64,000 bases of DNA from Batkoa obscura (lineage: Eukaryota): the NCBI GenBank assembly GCA_030770535.1, contig JASVEC010000028.1:186001-250000 (forward strand), in the 5' to 3' direction. The notes under the pieces are model-generated. The model saw nothing but the letters and a program-made list of their open reading frames with translations. It searched no databases and was not told the origin of the DNA. The position numbers were made by a program, and so were the translations under genes. This document shows positions 41,853 to 54,689 of this stretch, piece by piece; position 1 is the stretch's first letter, and every line of letters starts with the position of its first letter.

Positions 41853-41930
41853 TAATACATCTAAGTCACCACTGCTTTCACTTGGTCCAAATATCCTTCT
41901 AATAATAGCTTGAAATTTAGATTTTATCAT
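41166..41930 (-). CDS. Uncharacterised 254-aa protein, tandem copy 3 (distinct N-terminus MIKSKFQAIIRRIFG)
   Basis: Intronless ORF, identical core. Confidence 0.8.
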   Translation of the reverse strand: MIKSKFQAIIRRIFGPSESSGDLDVLKLSYLNLDNEFYWNILNATDKKYQMKINRQEIYLLCDSNELHVQMNFEEMMTGKSLEMRFMIMDGVQKDIATLRPINSMEWQFHTMNSNKTFSIKLRGDMCKIIYSKENVGNYTAKSSIEGTFKLNKIIDPTDRILIVLAYALLNHLLKCFLISVHPDTKGSKRAIMSFDLGKIIALSFGRDGYKAYLNKSFIEDGFAKEYNFTSIFGTIGQFDLQHGGCGAGAGDCF

Positions 41931-42329
41931 TGTATTTTTTATTAATTTTTTTAAAGATTGTCAGTTTAGCCCCTTTTATACTTTAAAAGTTGTTAGTTTT
42001 TATTTAAAGTCCACAGTGAGGACAATTGAGGTTTTTAATTAGAAAGTTCGAATTTTCTTTTCATCAACTTATTTTAGTTTTAATCTGGATAAACTTAAAC
42101 TTAACTGTTATGTCACATTGGCATTTTATATAATAATTTATGTTCAATATTTAAACTTGTAAAATATAAAAATATTGTTACTTTATTAAATAGATATAAT
42201 AAATCAATTTAGTATTTAAAATTAATTAAAAATAACAATTAAAAAAATTAAATCAAAAGTCAAAAATTTATAATAAGCGCTTTGAAGTTAGGATAATGTC
42301 AATAAAAAACAAATTTATAAAAAAATTAA

Positions 42330-43306
42330 TTATTTCGAGTAGTCAATCTGCGAAATTTCTTTTAAGCAATCCTTCATTGTCTTATGAGTTTCTTCCATAA
42401 GGTCTTCAAGGTCATCCTTAGTTTTACCTTTAGTAATGATAGGTGGTAATACTAAATCATTAGAATAATCCTTAAACAAAACAACTGATATCTAAATTAC
42501 CTTTCATTCCCATACCACCAGACTCAAACCTCCATTTCTTCATGTTAAATATATGACTGGTATTAGAATATACTATTGGGATAATTGGGAATCCAGTTTG
42601 AATAGCTAAATGGAAAGCTCCTTTTTTAAAGGGTAAAAGGTCTGGAGTTTCAAACCCAGATCTGGTACCTTCTGCATAAACAAAAACGCCCATCTTAATT
42701 ATTAGTTACTATTCACTAACTATATAGTTAATATTTACCTGCTTCTCGGTCATTCGTCTAGCAAGTTCATTAGATTGATCAATGGCTTGCTTTGCATTTT
42801 GACGGTCAATCATTAGTGTGTTTGAGAACATCACTAATAAAGTAAATATCAAACCCTTTAAAAATATTAAGAAACTTACAATATTGTCCAAGGAATGGTA
42901 CATATCTTAATGACTTCTTAACAATGATGGCAGTATTCTTAGGGTAAATTGTACCTAAAAATGAAACATCTAAAGTGGATTGATGATTACCAATATATAT
43001 AGCTGGTTTTCCATTGTACTCTTTGATCACTGAGTCATCTAACACGTTAAACTTAACGTTTAAGAATAATTGTGATATAAATGAAAAAAATCTGCCAGTT
43101 ATATAGTGAACGTATGCTTCTTTACCAAGAATTCGGCATATTACTGATACTACTACCCCTAAAAACCCAGTTACAAAATAACAGTTAGCAAGGATGATGC
43201 AGCGAGCAATGAATCGCACTTTGCTTGAGAATTGAAATAAAGAAATGAACAAGAGAATGGCTACTGTAGTGTATTTAAGATCGAAAAAATTCAAAAAATC
43301 CAACAT
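42330..43306 (-). CDS. SLC1: 1-acyl-sn-glycerol-3-phosphate acyltransferase
   Basis: GNHQSTLD, KKSLRYVPFLG, IDRQN, AEGTRS, LLPFKKGAFHLA, PIIPIV; 3 introns. Confidence 0.92.
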
Positions 43307-43693
43307 GGTGGTTAATAAGGGCTCGAATACAGTTGGTGCAAGTATGTTGGATTATATTTTTTATAAAAACAAAACTATGATTTACAAACTTTTTTTTGTA
43401 TTTTTTTTTAAAATAGCTCGTTTTTAAATTCCTTTGCTTTAGCCAATCAGTGGTGCTTACTGGTGAACTATTCTGGATTTAGTAGCCATATCCGTTGCTT
43501 TAAAATTACTATCCCTTTCTATTAAAAAATAAATTTATTGGATTTTGGGCTGATCTTTGTTTTTTGTAATGTTGTTATTTTCGAATTTAAATCCCATTAC
43601 AAAATCCCCAGCAAACCAAACTCATTTTAATTCCAAAAAAATAACCGAAATTGTTTTCAATTTTTAAATTATATAAAACCTTATAAAATAGAA

Positions 43694-44577
43694 ATGGCAA
43701 ACGCAACAAACGGAGACTTGAAGAATGTACACATGGTACCAATGGCACCCAAAGTGCCTAAAACAACAATAGAAAAGGAAAATACTCGTAGATTGATAGT
43801 AATCTTAGAAAGTGCTTCTTTAGAGACTTATAAAGTTGGTAAAAGTAGTGATGCTAAATATCAATTATTGAATTGTGATGAACATCAAAGAATTTTATTG
43901 AAACTCGGTAAAGACATAACGGATTCAAGACCTGATATCACCCATCAAGTAAGGCATTTTAAAAAAATTGATACTTAGATTTAATCAGTATTATAGTGTT
44001 TATTAACATTATTAGATTCCCCTTTAAACAAAGCTGGAAAATTACAAGTATTTATTCATACAACTAAAAATGTATTGATTGAAATCAACCCACATGTACG
44101 TATACCAAGAACTTTCCGTAGATTCGCTGGATTAATGGGTATGGATTTAATATTTTATTTCGAGCTTTTATATTTATCAGTTATTAGTTCAATTATTACA
44201 TAAATTATCCGTACGCTCCACTACAAGTAATGAAAAATTATTAAAAGTAATTAAGAACCCCATCACCGATCATTTACCAAGTAACTGCAAAAAAATATGT
44301 AATATTACTTTTTAAAAAACAATTAGAACAGTATTTAACAATACTTAAATTAGGTTTCTCATACGACGCTCCATTAATTAACGTAAATCAATATGTTAAA
44401 AAACTACCAGAAGATCAAAGTTTAGTAGTAGCTATTGGGGCTTTAGCTCACGGTGAGGATAACTTTGCTGATCAATATGTAGATGAAAAGATATCGATTT
44501 CTTCTTACCCATTATCTGCTTCAGTAGCTTGCGGTAAATTGACCTGTGCCTTTGAAGAATTATGGAATATTTTATAA
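43694..44577 (+). CDS. EMG1: 18S rRNA pseudouridine N1-methyltransferase Nep1/Emg1
   Basis: [66 protein letters not shown]. Confidence 0.95.
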
Positions 44578-44706
44578 GCTTTTAAATAATTTTAAAATTT
44601 TTACCTTTTTTTATTATAATAAATAGAACTTGTTTTTTTATAATAATACTTTAAATTAGCAAATACTAAAAATTAACAATAAACTGTAACTTTTATTATT
44701 AAAAAA

Positions 44707-47700
44707 TCAATATTCTAGCCCAAGAGACCAATCTTCAGCTACCATAAGTTTAGGATCCTTAACGGTAAGTATCTTCTCTTGTTTATCGAAGTTGAATTCA
44801 ACTTCACGACCACATTTTAAGCAAACCACTTTCTTGGGGCTCTTTTTAATATTTAAGAACACAATTTTTTCAACACGAACACCTTTAAAGAACTCTTTTA
44901 ACCCTTCAGAAGGTGTTTCAGCAGGATACTCAGGTTCAAAAGGTAATGGATTGACAATGGAATATGTTTTATTATCCACTGCGTGATTAGTTAATTTATG
45001 ATCTTTAAGTTTAAACTCTCTATAAGCGTATCCCTTTCTTAAGTAATCGTAACTCATACCATCGTCAAAGTAAAGTTTACCCTTAGCTTTGCCCTAAACA
45101 TGATTAGTATATGTTATTATATTAAAGTATTATAAAATTACATCATCATCAACAGTAACTAAGAGGGTGATAGGATCTTTTAACATTAAAGTAGAAGAAC
45201 GACGGATTCTACTCTTTTGAGTAATGATTTCACCAGAACGAATGAAAACTGGGATTGAGTCAACTTCAGTTTTAACTACATGTTTACCATTCTTGATCTT
45301 TTTATAATTGTAATAATTATACCAATCCTATTAAATATTGTATTAGTTTCACCATGCATCAAATCAAATCAAATATTACTTCATCTCCTGGTAAATAGAC
45401 ATCAATCTCTGTAACTCCTGGTTTAGTAATTGGCTTAACTAATAATCCACTTCCAACCATATACTGATCATCCATACCAAACACAGATTCATCCTTAGGG
45501 AATTCTAGGAACATAGGTCTAAAATAAAAGCATTAGCAAATTGATATGATATACCATATACAATATTAGTTTACCTCATAGCTGGAGTGCCATTGATACT
45601 TGCTTCAAACAACAAAGTATACCAATAAGGTAATAATTGATATCTTGAACGAATAGCAGTACGTATTTGAGAAGTATAAGGTTCACCAAGTACCCAAGGT
45701 TCCCTACGTTTGGTATCAATATGGGCATGAGCTCTAAAAAAGGGTTGAAATGCGCCAGTTTGATACCAACGAACCAACAGTTCAGGATCTGGATTACCAA
45801 AGAAACCACCAACATCAGCACCCGAAAATGGGATACCACTTAAACCAATGGTAAGCAACATAGGTGTAGAAACACCAAGATATTCCCAAGTAGCGCCATT
45901 ATCACCTGTCCAGATAGCGCCAAAACGTTGAGTACCCGCAAAGAAAGCACGAGATAAAACAAATGGACGTTGGTTTGGTGTTGTTCTTTTAATAATACCA
46001 TGAGATGTACTACGATGAAATAACATACCAAACATGTTATGAACGTCTCTATGTTCTACTTCATTATAATGTAACAAATTCTTTTGCATTGTAATTTCAG
46101 GCCCATTAAAGACAGAAGGTTCATTCATATCGTTCCATACATATAAGTTTTTGGTTGAGTGTTTATATTCATCAAGTTGAAATTTCTTACTCCACCAATC
46201 ACATGCTTCTTTACGTGTGTAATCAACCCAAGAGGAGCTACCTGGCCAGCACCAACCATCGAAATCAGCACCAGACGGATTTTTGACAAAATAACCTAAA
46301 TCCGTAGCTTCTTTGTAAACATAATAGTCATCTTCTCTTTTAATATGAGGATCAACAATAGCAACCATTTTTCTTCCAGAAGCGGCAATTTGATCTTGCA
46401 TAGATTCAGGGTTGGGGAATTTATCTTGGTCCCAAGTGAAATACTTTTTACCTTGGGTGTGTTCGATATCTAACCAAATGACATCATATGGGATGTCATA
46501 TTTATCAAAGTTATCGTTCACTTCCAAAACGTCCTTTTCATTAATGTAATTCCAACGACATTGATGATAAGCTAACGCAAATGTGGTTGGTAACGCTGTA
46601 AACCCGGTTAACTCTCCATATCGTTTTAATACTTGTTTGGTGTCTTTTTCTACAAAAACAAATACATCCAATAATCCACTTTCACTAATCCAATGTGTAT
46701 GGGAAGACTGGTAAATGTTTTAATTAGTATTATTATTGTTAATGTCAATAAATTAAAGTTATTTACTTTAGTATGTTTTTTAACTTCTTGCTTTTCAACA
46801 TCAATCCACATCTCAGCGGCATTTAACCAAAATAAACCAGCGGAATGCTTTTTGTTATGGGCAACCATAAATGGGATGGACCCGTATAAAGCCATTGGAT
46901 TATCGATTTCATATTCGAATACATCAAGATTGTACAAACGATAAGGTTCACTGTATTGATTTTCTGTACCGCTATGATTTACAAGTTAATTAAATATGAT
47001 ATAAAAATAGATTAAATACTTACTCTGTACTTTTTAATGATAAGTTGGAAGCATGTTGGGGGATACCATAAACATGTTCAAATTCATGGAAGGTAACGTC
47101 AAATCCGATAGAAGAGGGGCCTGATGATTTATTAATATAAGCTAATATAACAGTTTATTTTTAATTACCATATTTTTTAACATCAGTATGACCATTGAAT
47201 GTTTCTTCCCATAATCCTTCTTCTTCTTTCTCTTCTACTGCTACCTTTTTTTCACCATCACTTGCAGTTTCAGATTCAATTGCCTTCTGTTTTACTTCTT
47301 CCCTTTTTCTATAATGTTCAAATCGGAAGAGATCTCTTTCATTAAAAGTAACGACATTTTCCTTGTTCAAATAAAAGTCCAATTTAAAAGGTTCATTTTG
47401 GATACTCACTTTAAAGTCCTCACTTTGGATGGTAAATAAGTTATCTTTCTTAGTCTCCTTTAGCTTTTTACTACTAATCAACTTAGGTTCTCCAACCAAG
47501 GCATGTTCTTTAACCTGGTCATATCTCTTATGAATTCCATCTTTTTCAAAAACCTTAACTCTAGTAACCAAATGCTCCAAGATAGAAACTTGTAACACTA
47601 ACTCAACGTTGTCTTTGATATTCAATATATTGGCTTGGAACTCACTGTTTTTAAATTGGATAGTATCCTTTATCACTTTATAGAAAATATCCTTTGGGTG

Positions 47701-47862
47701 CTCCTTTTTGTACTCAGCATGCTTCTTATTTCTTTGACAAAAGGCACTGTCCTTACACTTCTTAAAGTCACTCGGTTTTACCGAGACAATATTCTCCATC
47801 CAAAAGGTTAGAGTCAGTAATAATATTAATACCAAAGGTATTTTCTTATGAGATTGAATCAT
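44707..47862 (-). CDS. ROT2: ER glucosidase II alpha subunit (GH31)
   Basis: Signal peptide, [31 protein letters not shown], catalytic [35 protein letters not shown]. Confidence 0.95.
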
Positions 47863-47969
47863 TTTTTTTGTCTTTTTCTCCCTTTTTTTTATGGTTTTTA
47901 TACGTTTGACCTCACTATGATAATCCTGTATTTTTTCTAACTTAAAAAGTTTAAGTTTTTTATTAACAT

Positions 47970-47977
47970 TACGTGGC
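47970..47977 (-). promoter_or_regulatory. Possible UPRE (Hac1/XBP1-type GCCACGTA)
   Basis: GCCACGTA ~110 bp upstream of the glucosidase II ATG in very AT-rich DNA. Confidence 0.3.
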
Positions 47978-49875
47978 TGTTAATTCCATCAGGATTTTTT
48001 TAAAATCAATTTCATTGGCTTAGAATTAAACTAAGAGTTTTATTTTTGTGTTTAATTACATTTAAAAAAAGATTCCATAAACTCAACATTCCAATTCATA
48101 TAATAATAATTCAAACATTCCAATTCGTATAATAAATAATTCAAATCACTATGCCATCATCATTATCCCACTTATTATTATATCTTATTTTATCTTGGTT
48201 ACTTGATTATTTTAATAACGCTTACTATAGTTCCCATTCCACATATTTTTGAAAATATTTGAATTGTTTTAGAATATGCAACAAAATACAGGTTAGGATT
48301 ATTCCAAACAAAAGTAAGAATTTTCAAATATCTTCATCTTGTTTTTTGTGTCCCAAGGCTGCGTTTATGATGTCACTTTGCTTTTAATTCAGTCCTTCTT
48401 ACTACAATTCTTCGCCCCGTTTCCCCATTCTACGACCTATCACGCAAATCTACTACTGCTAGCTTTATAGCTAAATACTTGTTTTTGGATAAGAATTATA
48501 CCATTCAAAGATAAAGTGAAGTTATTAATATTTAAAAAAACATGTTACGCTAGGTAAGAAGGGAGCTTTTCAGGGATAAAAAAGAGTTCGCTCTTATAAA
48601 AATAAAAAATTATTCAGAATGGCATATTTATAACTTACCACTTATACTTATATCAAATAATAATATAATAATGCTTAATAGTGATGCTTTAAAAGATAAA
48701 ACATGAATAAAATAATTAGAAATATATACATTACTCGATTTTTATTATTTTAAAGTAAGAAGATTTTAAAAACAATCAATTTATTCATAAGAAAAATCAT
48801 ATTTTTTGTTTTTTGAGTATTGATGTTTAGTTTACTTTATTTACAATAAATTAAAATGGAAAAAAGTTGAGCTTTGAGCTTATATTTATCCATCTAAGCT
48901 TTAAATCATGATGTTATCATAGCTTAAACTTTAACTGTCTTTTATCTTATCTCTTCTTTGATATCTTTTATTTTTTAACATTGCTTTTAATTAAAGGTAT
49001 TGTCATTTTAATGTTTAAGATTTTTTCAATTTATTGAAAAATAAAATTAAAGATAAAAATTATTTATTATGACAGCAACATAATTTAATTTGTCATTGTA
49101 TTTGTTTTCTCATTTACAAGCATAAAGAAACATGAGCCTAACTTAACGATCCTACACTTTCCACTTGTAATATTTATAAAATAATTATAGAAATATACCA
49201 TTTGTGTACAAACGTACGGTGGTAGTCAGTTCCATTACATATCTTTGTCGGTTAACAAAGTTAATCTCAGAACCCGGCTTAATCCACCTGGCCATTTAAT
49301 CAAAATGGGTAAGTGAGGGGATTTTTAAGTGAATAGCTTTAAAAATCAATCAAAAATATTTTTGAAGAGTCAACATAACCGCATTTATTAAACTTGAAGA
49401 ATATAATAAAGAATATTGTATGTCGAATTTAAACTGATTTGAGCTTGTGGGATTCAATTGGAGGCTTTAGTCTATCTAAAAGTAGCATTTAAAGTGTTAT
49501 AAATGGAAAAAGATTGTTACACATTTTATTTGATGCTATTAGAATGTATGTTTTTAAAGACAAATTATTTTATACTAAAATCAATTTCGAAATACATCTT
49601 ATTAATGAAATTTAAATTTTGTTGCTTAGTCAATTTAGAAACTCACTTGGACATGTCCTTTTGAAACTTTTAATAATTTAAAATTTTACGCCATATAAAA
49701 AGTGATTAAAAATTTTACATTTTTAAAGTTTATTTTAAGGGTTATATCCTATTATTTTATTTCTCAATTCTATACTTCAATAAGTAAACTGAATTTTGAT
49801 AATTAAATATCAATTTATTTGAAAAATACGCGCTATTATTGATTCCTTTCTCCTTGTATTTTAATTGAAATTAAT

Positions 49876-50169
49876 ATGTCTGTACAACTTTTACCTAATT
49901 ATAAGCCACAACTTGTTGATAATTTTGTAACTTGGTTTCTTAACAAAAGGAAAGTTATAGAACCAATTCCTGATTTTAGCAACTTATTAACCGAGAAATA
50001 TTATTTAATACATCTAATTGAGCTTTATTACGGTCACTGGGATTTGAGAGGTATGAAGTTTAGTGATTTTAATCACATTAAATTGAATAGTTTAAATTCA
50101 ACAAAAGATGAGATTGTTTATGTTCTTTCACGCCAACGGCCAGAATTCGTGGGTGTAGTAAATTTGTGA
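49876..50169 (+). CDS. Hypothetical 97-aa protein with weak calponin-homology-like N-terminus
   Basis: ATG-initiated ORF with ordinary amino-acid composition; FVTWFLNK...IPDFSNLLTEKYYLIHLIE. Confidence 0.45.
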   Translation: MSVQLLPNYKPQLVDNFVTWFLNKRKVIEPIPDFSNLLTEKYYLIHLIELYYGHWDLRGMKFSDFNHIKLNSLNSTKDEIVYVLSRQRPEFVGVVNL

Positions 50170-50422
50170 AGTTTTATTTTGCAATATAGATTTAAAATTT
50201 TAAAATTTTAATCCTCCTTTTTATTTCATATTTCATTTCATTTTAATTTCCTTCTTTACTCGCAAATATAATGCCCTTAAGATAATGATGGAAAAGCATT
50301 GAATAAAAAGTGAGTAAGGCATTGGAATGAAAAATACATTCAGTTTTATTTAATAGGATTTAATATTAAAAATAAACAATTATCCTCACGATAATTTATT
50401 AACAAACTCATAAAACAAATAA

Positions 50423-52216
50423 TTAACTAAGAGGCATTCTCAACTCAAATTGAACAATAATCAACGATAGCCAACAGTAACTAACTTAGCATAATCACTC
50501 ATGTCAGATATAATTTACAAGAAACAATCGAGTCAATATTAGGAAATATTTTTCTAGCTAATTGTAAAGAACCTTTACATCTAGTATACATCAAATTATA
50601 TAAAAGTGGCCAAAACTCTAAGTTTCTATAAAATATTGTATAGGTTAACTTCATCCCTTTTTGTGGCACTGAATTTGGATTATCATAAAAAAAATAAATA
50701 GCCATTAAAGAAAAACCAGCAATAGCAAAGTTGGTTTTTTCCAACGGGATCCAGAATTTAGGAACGTCATGATTAAGTACATTGTAGCCATCTTGTAACC
50801 TTTCATATAATCGATGATTAAAATGTTCTGGATTCTTTACTACTTTCCAATATCCTTTTTCTAGCCCTTTACCAAACATCCTTAATACATAAACTTCAAA
50901 TAATATAATGGTAAAAAATAGACAAGCAAAATGAAAATCAAATGGATCATTTAAATCATAAATATTTGATAAATAGTTGACGTTAACATCATATGGTAAT
51001 ATGGAACGAACTAAATTTAAAGCTTTGGTTACTTTGGCTATAAACTTATCCGCTGAAATAAGCCCATCAGCTAACTGTTTTCGATAAACAAAGCAATGTA
51101 AAATATACTGTGCTGCTTTACCATAAGCTACTGTATTTAAAAATAACCTTGATGTTTTAGATCTAAGGTTAAGTGATAAACCTATAGCTATAGAATCTAA
51201 ATATTCGGAAAACTCCTAAATAAATTTAGTATTAGTTATTATACTTAAATTAAATTTACAATTGGCTCAAAAGAAGGCTTTTTCATTATCCCATTGATTT
51301 CAAACTCTTGAATACCAAACACTCCTTTTTCTACATCATTTTCAAGTTGTTCATAATCTGCTTTCTTATATGTGATTGGTGGATGTGCTGCAAAAGTAGA
51401 TGTAAATAAATCAAAAAATTGACAAGTTGACCAAGTAGCTATATATTCAACTTGTAAATCCGGATCTTGAGTAAGTAGTTTGAAAGTGGATTTATCTAAA
51501 TCCAACGTATGTGCTTTACTTTAAAACTATAAGTAACTGTTATTTATATAATTTAAGATAAGTACCTCACTGCTTGGGCTAAAAAACAAGTTAGTAAATA
51601 TCAAGCTAAATATTAATTTATCTTACATAAATGTTTTAATGACATTGGTAACTGACTTTCACCAAGTTCATAATAAGAGATCAATAATAAACTTTGTATA
51701 GTATCTAAATCGGAGTTATCAGTTAAAGAAGGAAGTAAAGTAGTCGCTCTTATATAGAATGGATTTTTGTTATCAGATCCTTTGTTATTTAATAAGTTAT
51801 TTTCTTTTAAATAAAACTGATAAGGAAGAATACATAAAGCGTTAGCTAAAAGAGAGTTATGTGGTTCATATTCAATAGCTTTTAACCCTTTTTCTAATTG
51901 TATAAATGGTATAAAAACACCGAAATTAGTAAAATAATGTGATATTAAGTTTTTATAAACTTCAAGTTGATCTAAAATAAATATAAGAAATGTTAATATT
52001 TTTTTACAACTATGACTTACTTCGAAGTACTGTTTTTTTGATCATTTTATAACAGTATTCTATTTTCGCCATCTTTTGTTCTAAATATGTTTTTTTATTT
52101 ACTACTTCTATATAAACACAGTTCTTTTTTAGCTTTTGGCATCTTTCACATTTCGGTTGATCTCTAGAACACTTCCTCTTTCCTTTTTTGCAGTTGACAC
52201 AAGATGTTTGTTTCAT
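50423..52216 (-). CDS. Zn(II)2Cys6 transcription factor, multi-exon (3' end uncertain)
   Basis: CVNCKKGKRKCSRDQPKCERCQKLKKNC binuclear cluster, followed by open exons. Confidence 0.82.
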
Positions 52217-52506
52217 TTATAAAGTCTCAAATATCTTTTAAACCCTTTTTATGTATCCTTTTAATGTATCCCCTTAATATTATTTTGATGTTACTATTTG
52301 GTTTTTAAAGACAATTTTTAATGAAATATAAAGATTGGTAATATTTTAATTTATTGATTTTATGAATAGTTTGAAACTTCATTACAAATTAATTTTTAAA
52401 TGAATTTTAACAAATGAATTTCCATTTTTAAACTTAATAAAATTCTTGATACCTTAAAATTCTTTTACCACTTTAATTAAATTATCCAAATTTCCACTTC
52501 AAAAAG

Positions 52507-54340
52507 ATGGTAGTCTAATCCTTCATTAATTCATTCAAATAAAGTATACTAATAAAATTAATAATAGAAAGTAAAAGTAATTGATCGTAGTGATAGTAAA
52601 TATAAACGTGAACGTCCAACGGACATCCATAAAATGCAACGAAATTATGATCCCATTTTACACCCATTTGAAAAAAGTAGAGAATATACTCGTGCTTTAA
52701 ACGCTACCAAATTAGAACGTATGTTTGCTAAACCCTTTATTGCTAGTTTAGATGGACATGCTGATGGTGTCTATTGTTTATCAAAACATTACAAAAATTT
52801 ACAAACCATTGTTTCTGGGTCTGGGGATGGAGGTAATTTTTGAATTTCCTATTTTTTTGTTAAATAATGGGCTAATATTTTTTATAGAGGTACGTGCTTG
52901 GAGGTTAAATGAAAGGTATGGAATATTGGAAATAATTGGATTAATTAATTAATTAATTATAGATCTTGTTTCTTTAATACAACAGCACATAATGGGATTG
53001 TTAAAGGAGTATGTATTTTACCTGAAGATAATAAATTTATTTCAGTAGGTCATGATAAAGTAGCTAAAATTTGGGATGTAAATAGTGAAGACTCAAGCAC
53101 AGTAATAATTTACTTATAATTTAATGATCTTTTATTAATATCTTTATAAAGCCTTTATATACTTATCAAGGAAAGTCAGCATTTACGTAAGATTTTTGTT
53201 AATTATTTTGGATTTAATTTATCATTTTATAGTGGCGTTGATCATCATATATCGGAACCCAAGTTTGCTACTTCAGGATCAATTATTAATATTTGGGATA
53301 TTAATAGGTAAACAATAACAGTTATAAATATAAAAAGCTGTTATTAAATTAAAGTAAATAGATCTGAACCTATATCAACATTTGAATGGGGAGCAGATAC
53401 AATTAATACCGTCAAATTTAACAAAACAGAAAGAAATATAGTAGCTAGTTGTGGGACAGATAGGGCAATTATATTATATGATATTCGTAGTAATTCACCG
53501 TTGAGTAAAACCTATTTACAATTAAAATCAAATGCATTATGTTGGAATCCAATGGAAGCATATAATTTTGTAGTCGGTAATGAAGATCATAATTTATATT
53601 TATTTGATATGCGTAAAATGAGTAAAGCTGTATCTTGTTTCAGAGATCATGTATCAGCGGTTATGGATGTTGATTTTGATCCTACTGGTAGACAAATTGT
53701 TTCTGGTTCTTATGATCGTACTGTACGTATATTTACTGTAGGTAAACCTAAATCAAGAGATGTTTATCATACTAAACGTATGCAAAGGTATTTTTATCTG
53801 TTGTTATGTTTTTGAGTTTTAATTAAAATTTAGGGTATTTACTGTTAAATATTCAATGGATGGACGGTTTGTTTTATCGGGTTCTGATGATACTAATATT
53901 CGTCTTTGGAAATCGAATGCAGCTGAAAAACTTGGTGTGGTAAATATCAATTAATAGATTAAATTAATTTCGTTTAATTTTTAATATTAATAGCGTAATA
54001 ACCGAGAAAGATCCCATTTGGAATACAGTGAAAAAGTTAAAGATAAATATGCCCATATACCAGAAGTTCGAAAGATTGCAAAGTAAGTTTTAATGAAAAG
54101 AAATTATGTTAATACAAATTAATTATCTTTTTTTCAATTAGTCATCGTATCATACCACAAAACATTAAAACAACTACTCGTACTAAAGCTATTATGTTGG
54201 AATCGAGACATATTAAAGAAGTTAATAGACTTAATAATCAAAAGAATATTCGTAATGCTACTCAAGCTAAAGAAGATAAGAATAAGGATAAGAAGCCAAA
54301 AACTATTAAGGAAAAAGTGGTGTTGTATTCCGAAAAATAA
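52507..54340 (+). CDS. SOF1: U3 snoRNP WD40 protein Sof1/DCAF13
   Basis: M|KVKVIDRS, HPFEKSREYTRALNATKLERMFAKPF, DHVSAVMDVDF, SRDVYHTKRMQR. Confidence 0.95.
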
Positions 54341-54689
54341 GTATAGATATAACTTTCTTTTTTATTTATCATTTTATAGATTAGATTATTTTAATATTAA
54401 GAGTTTTATTAAATATTAATAATTTAATACTTTTTTTTGTTTTATTATTATTTAATTGACTTTTTTATTTATAATATATTATTTATTATTGGTTTTATTT
54501 TATAACAATATTAAACAAATTTAATACGTTTAATATAGTTAAATATTAAGTAAACAAATTTAAACTAATAAAAGACTTGCATTAAAATTTTTTATTACAA
54601 ACCCATTAAAAAAATCGATTTTTTATATAAAGAAAGGGGTAAAAGAAGTGGACTATACAAGGATGAACAAAAGTAGCTTCAAATAAACA

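Noticed and set aside
48084..48145. Two-copy ~30 bp direct repeat (AACATTCCAATTCRTATAATAA...)
   Set aside because: Simple local slippage duplication; only two units, no spacer
48300..48480. GC-richer stretch that might be a TnpB/Fanzor or other TE remnant
   Set aside because: No RuvC or transposase motifs and no termini found in the frames tried
52251..52275. GTATCCTT motifs as U12-type splice donors
   Set aside because: They lie in the intergenic spacer between the Zn2Cys6 gene and SOF1, not within a gene model
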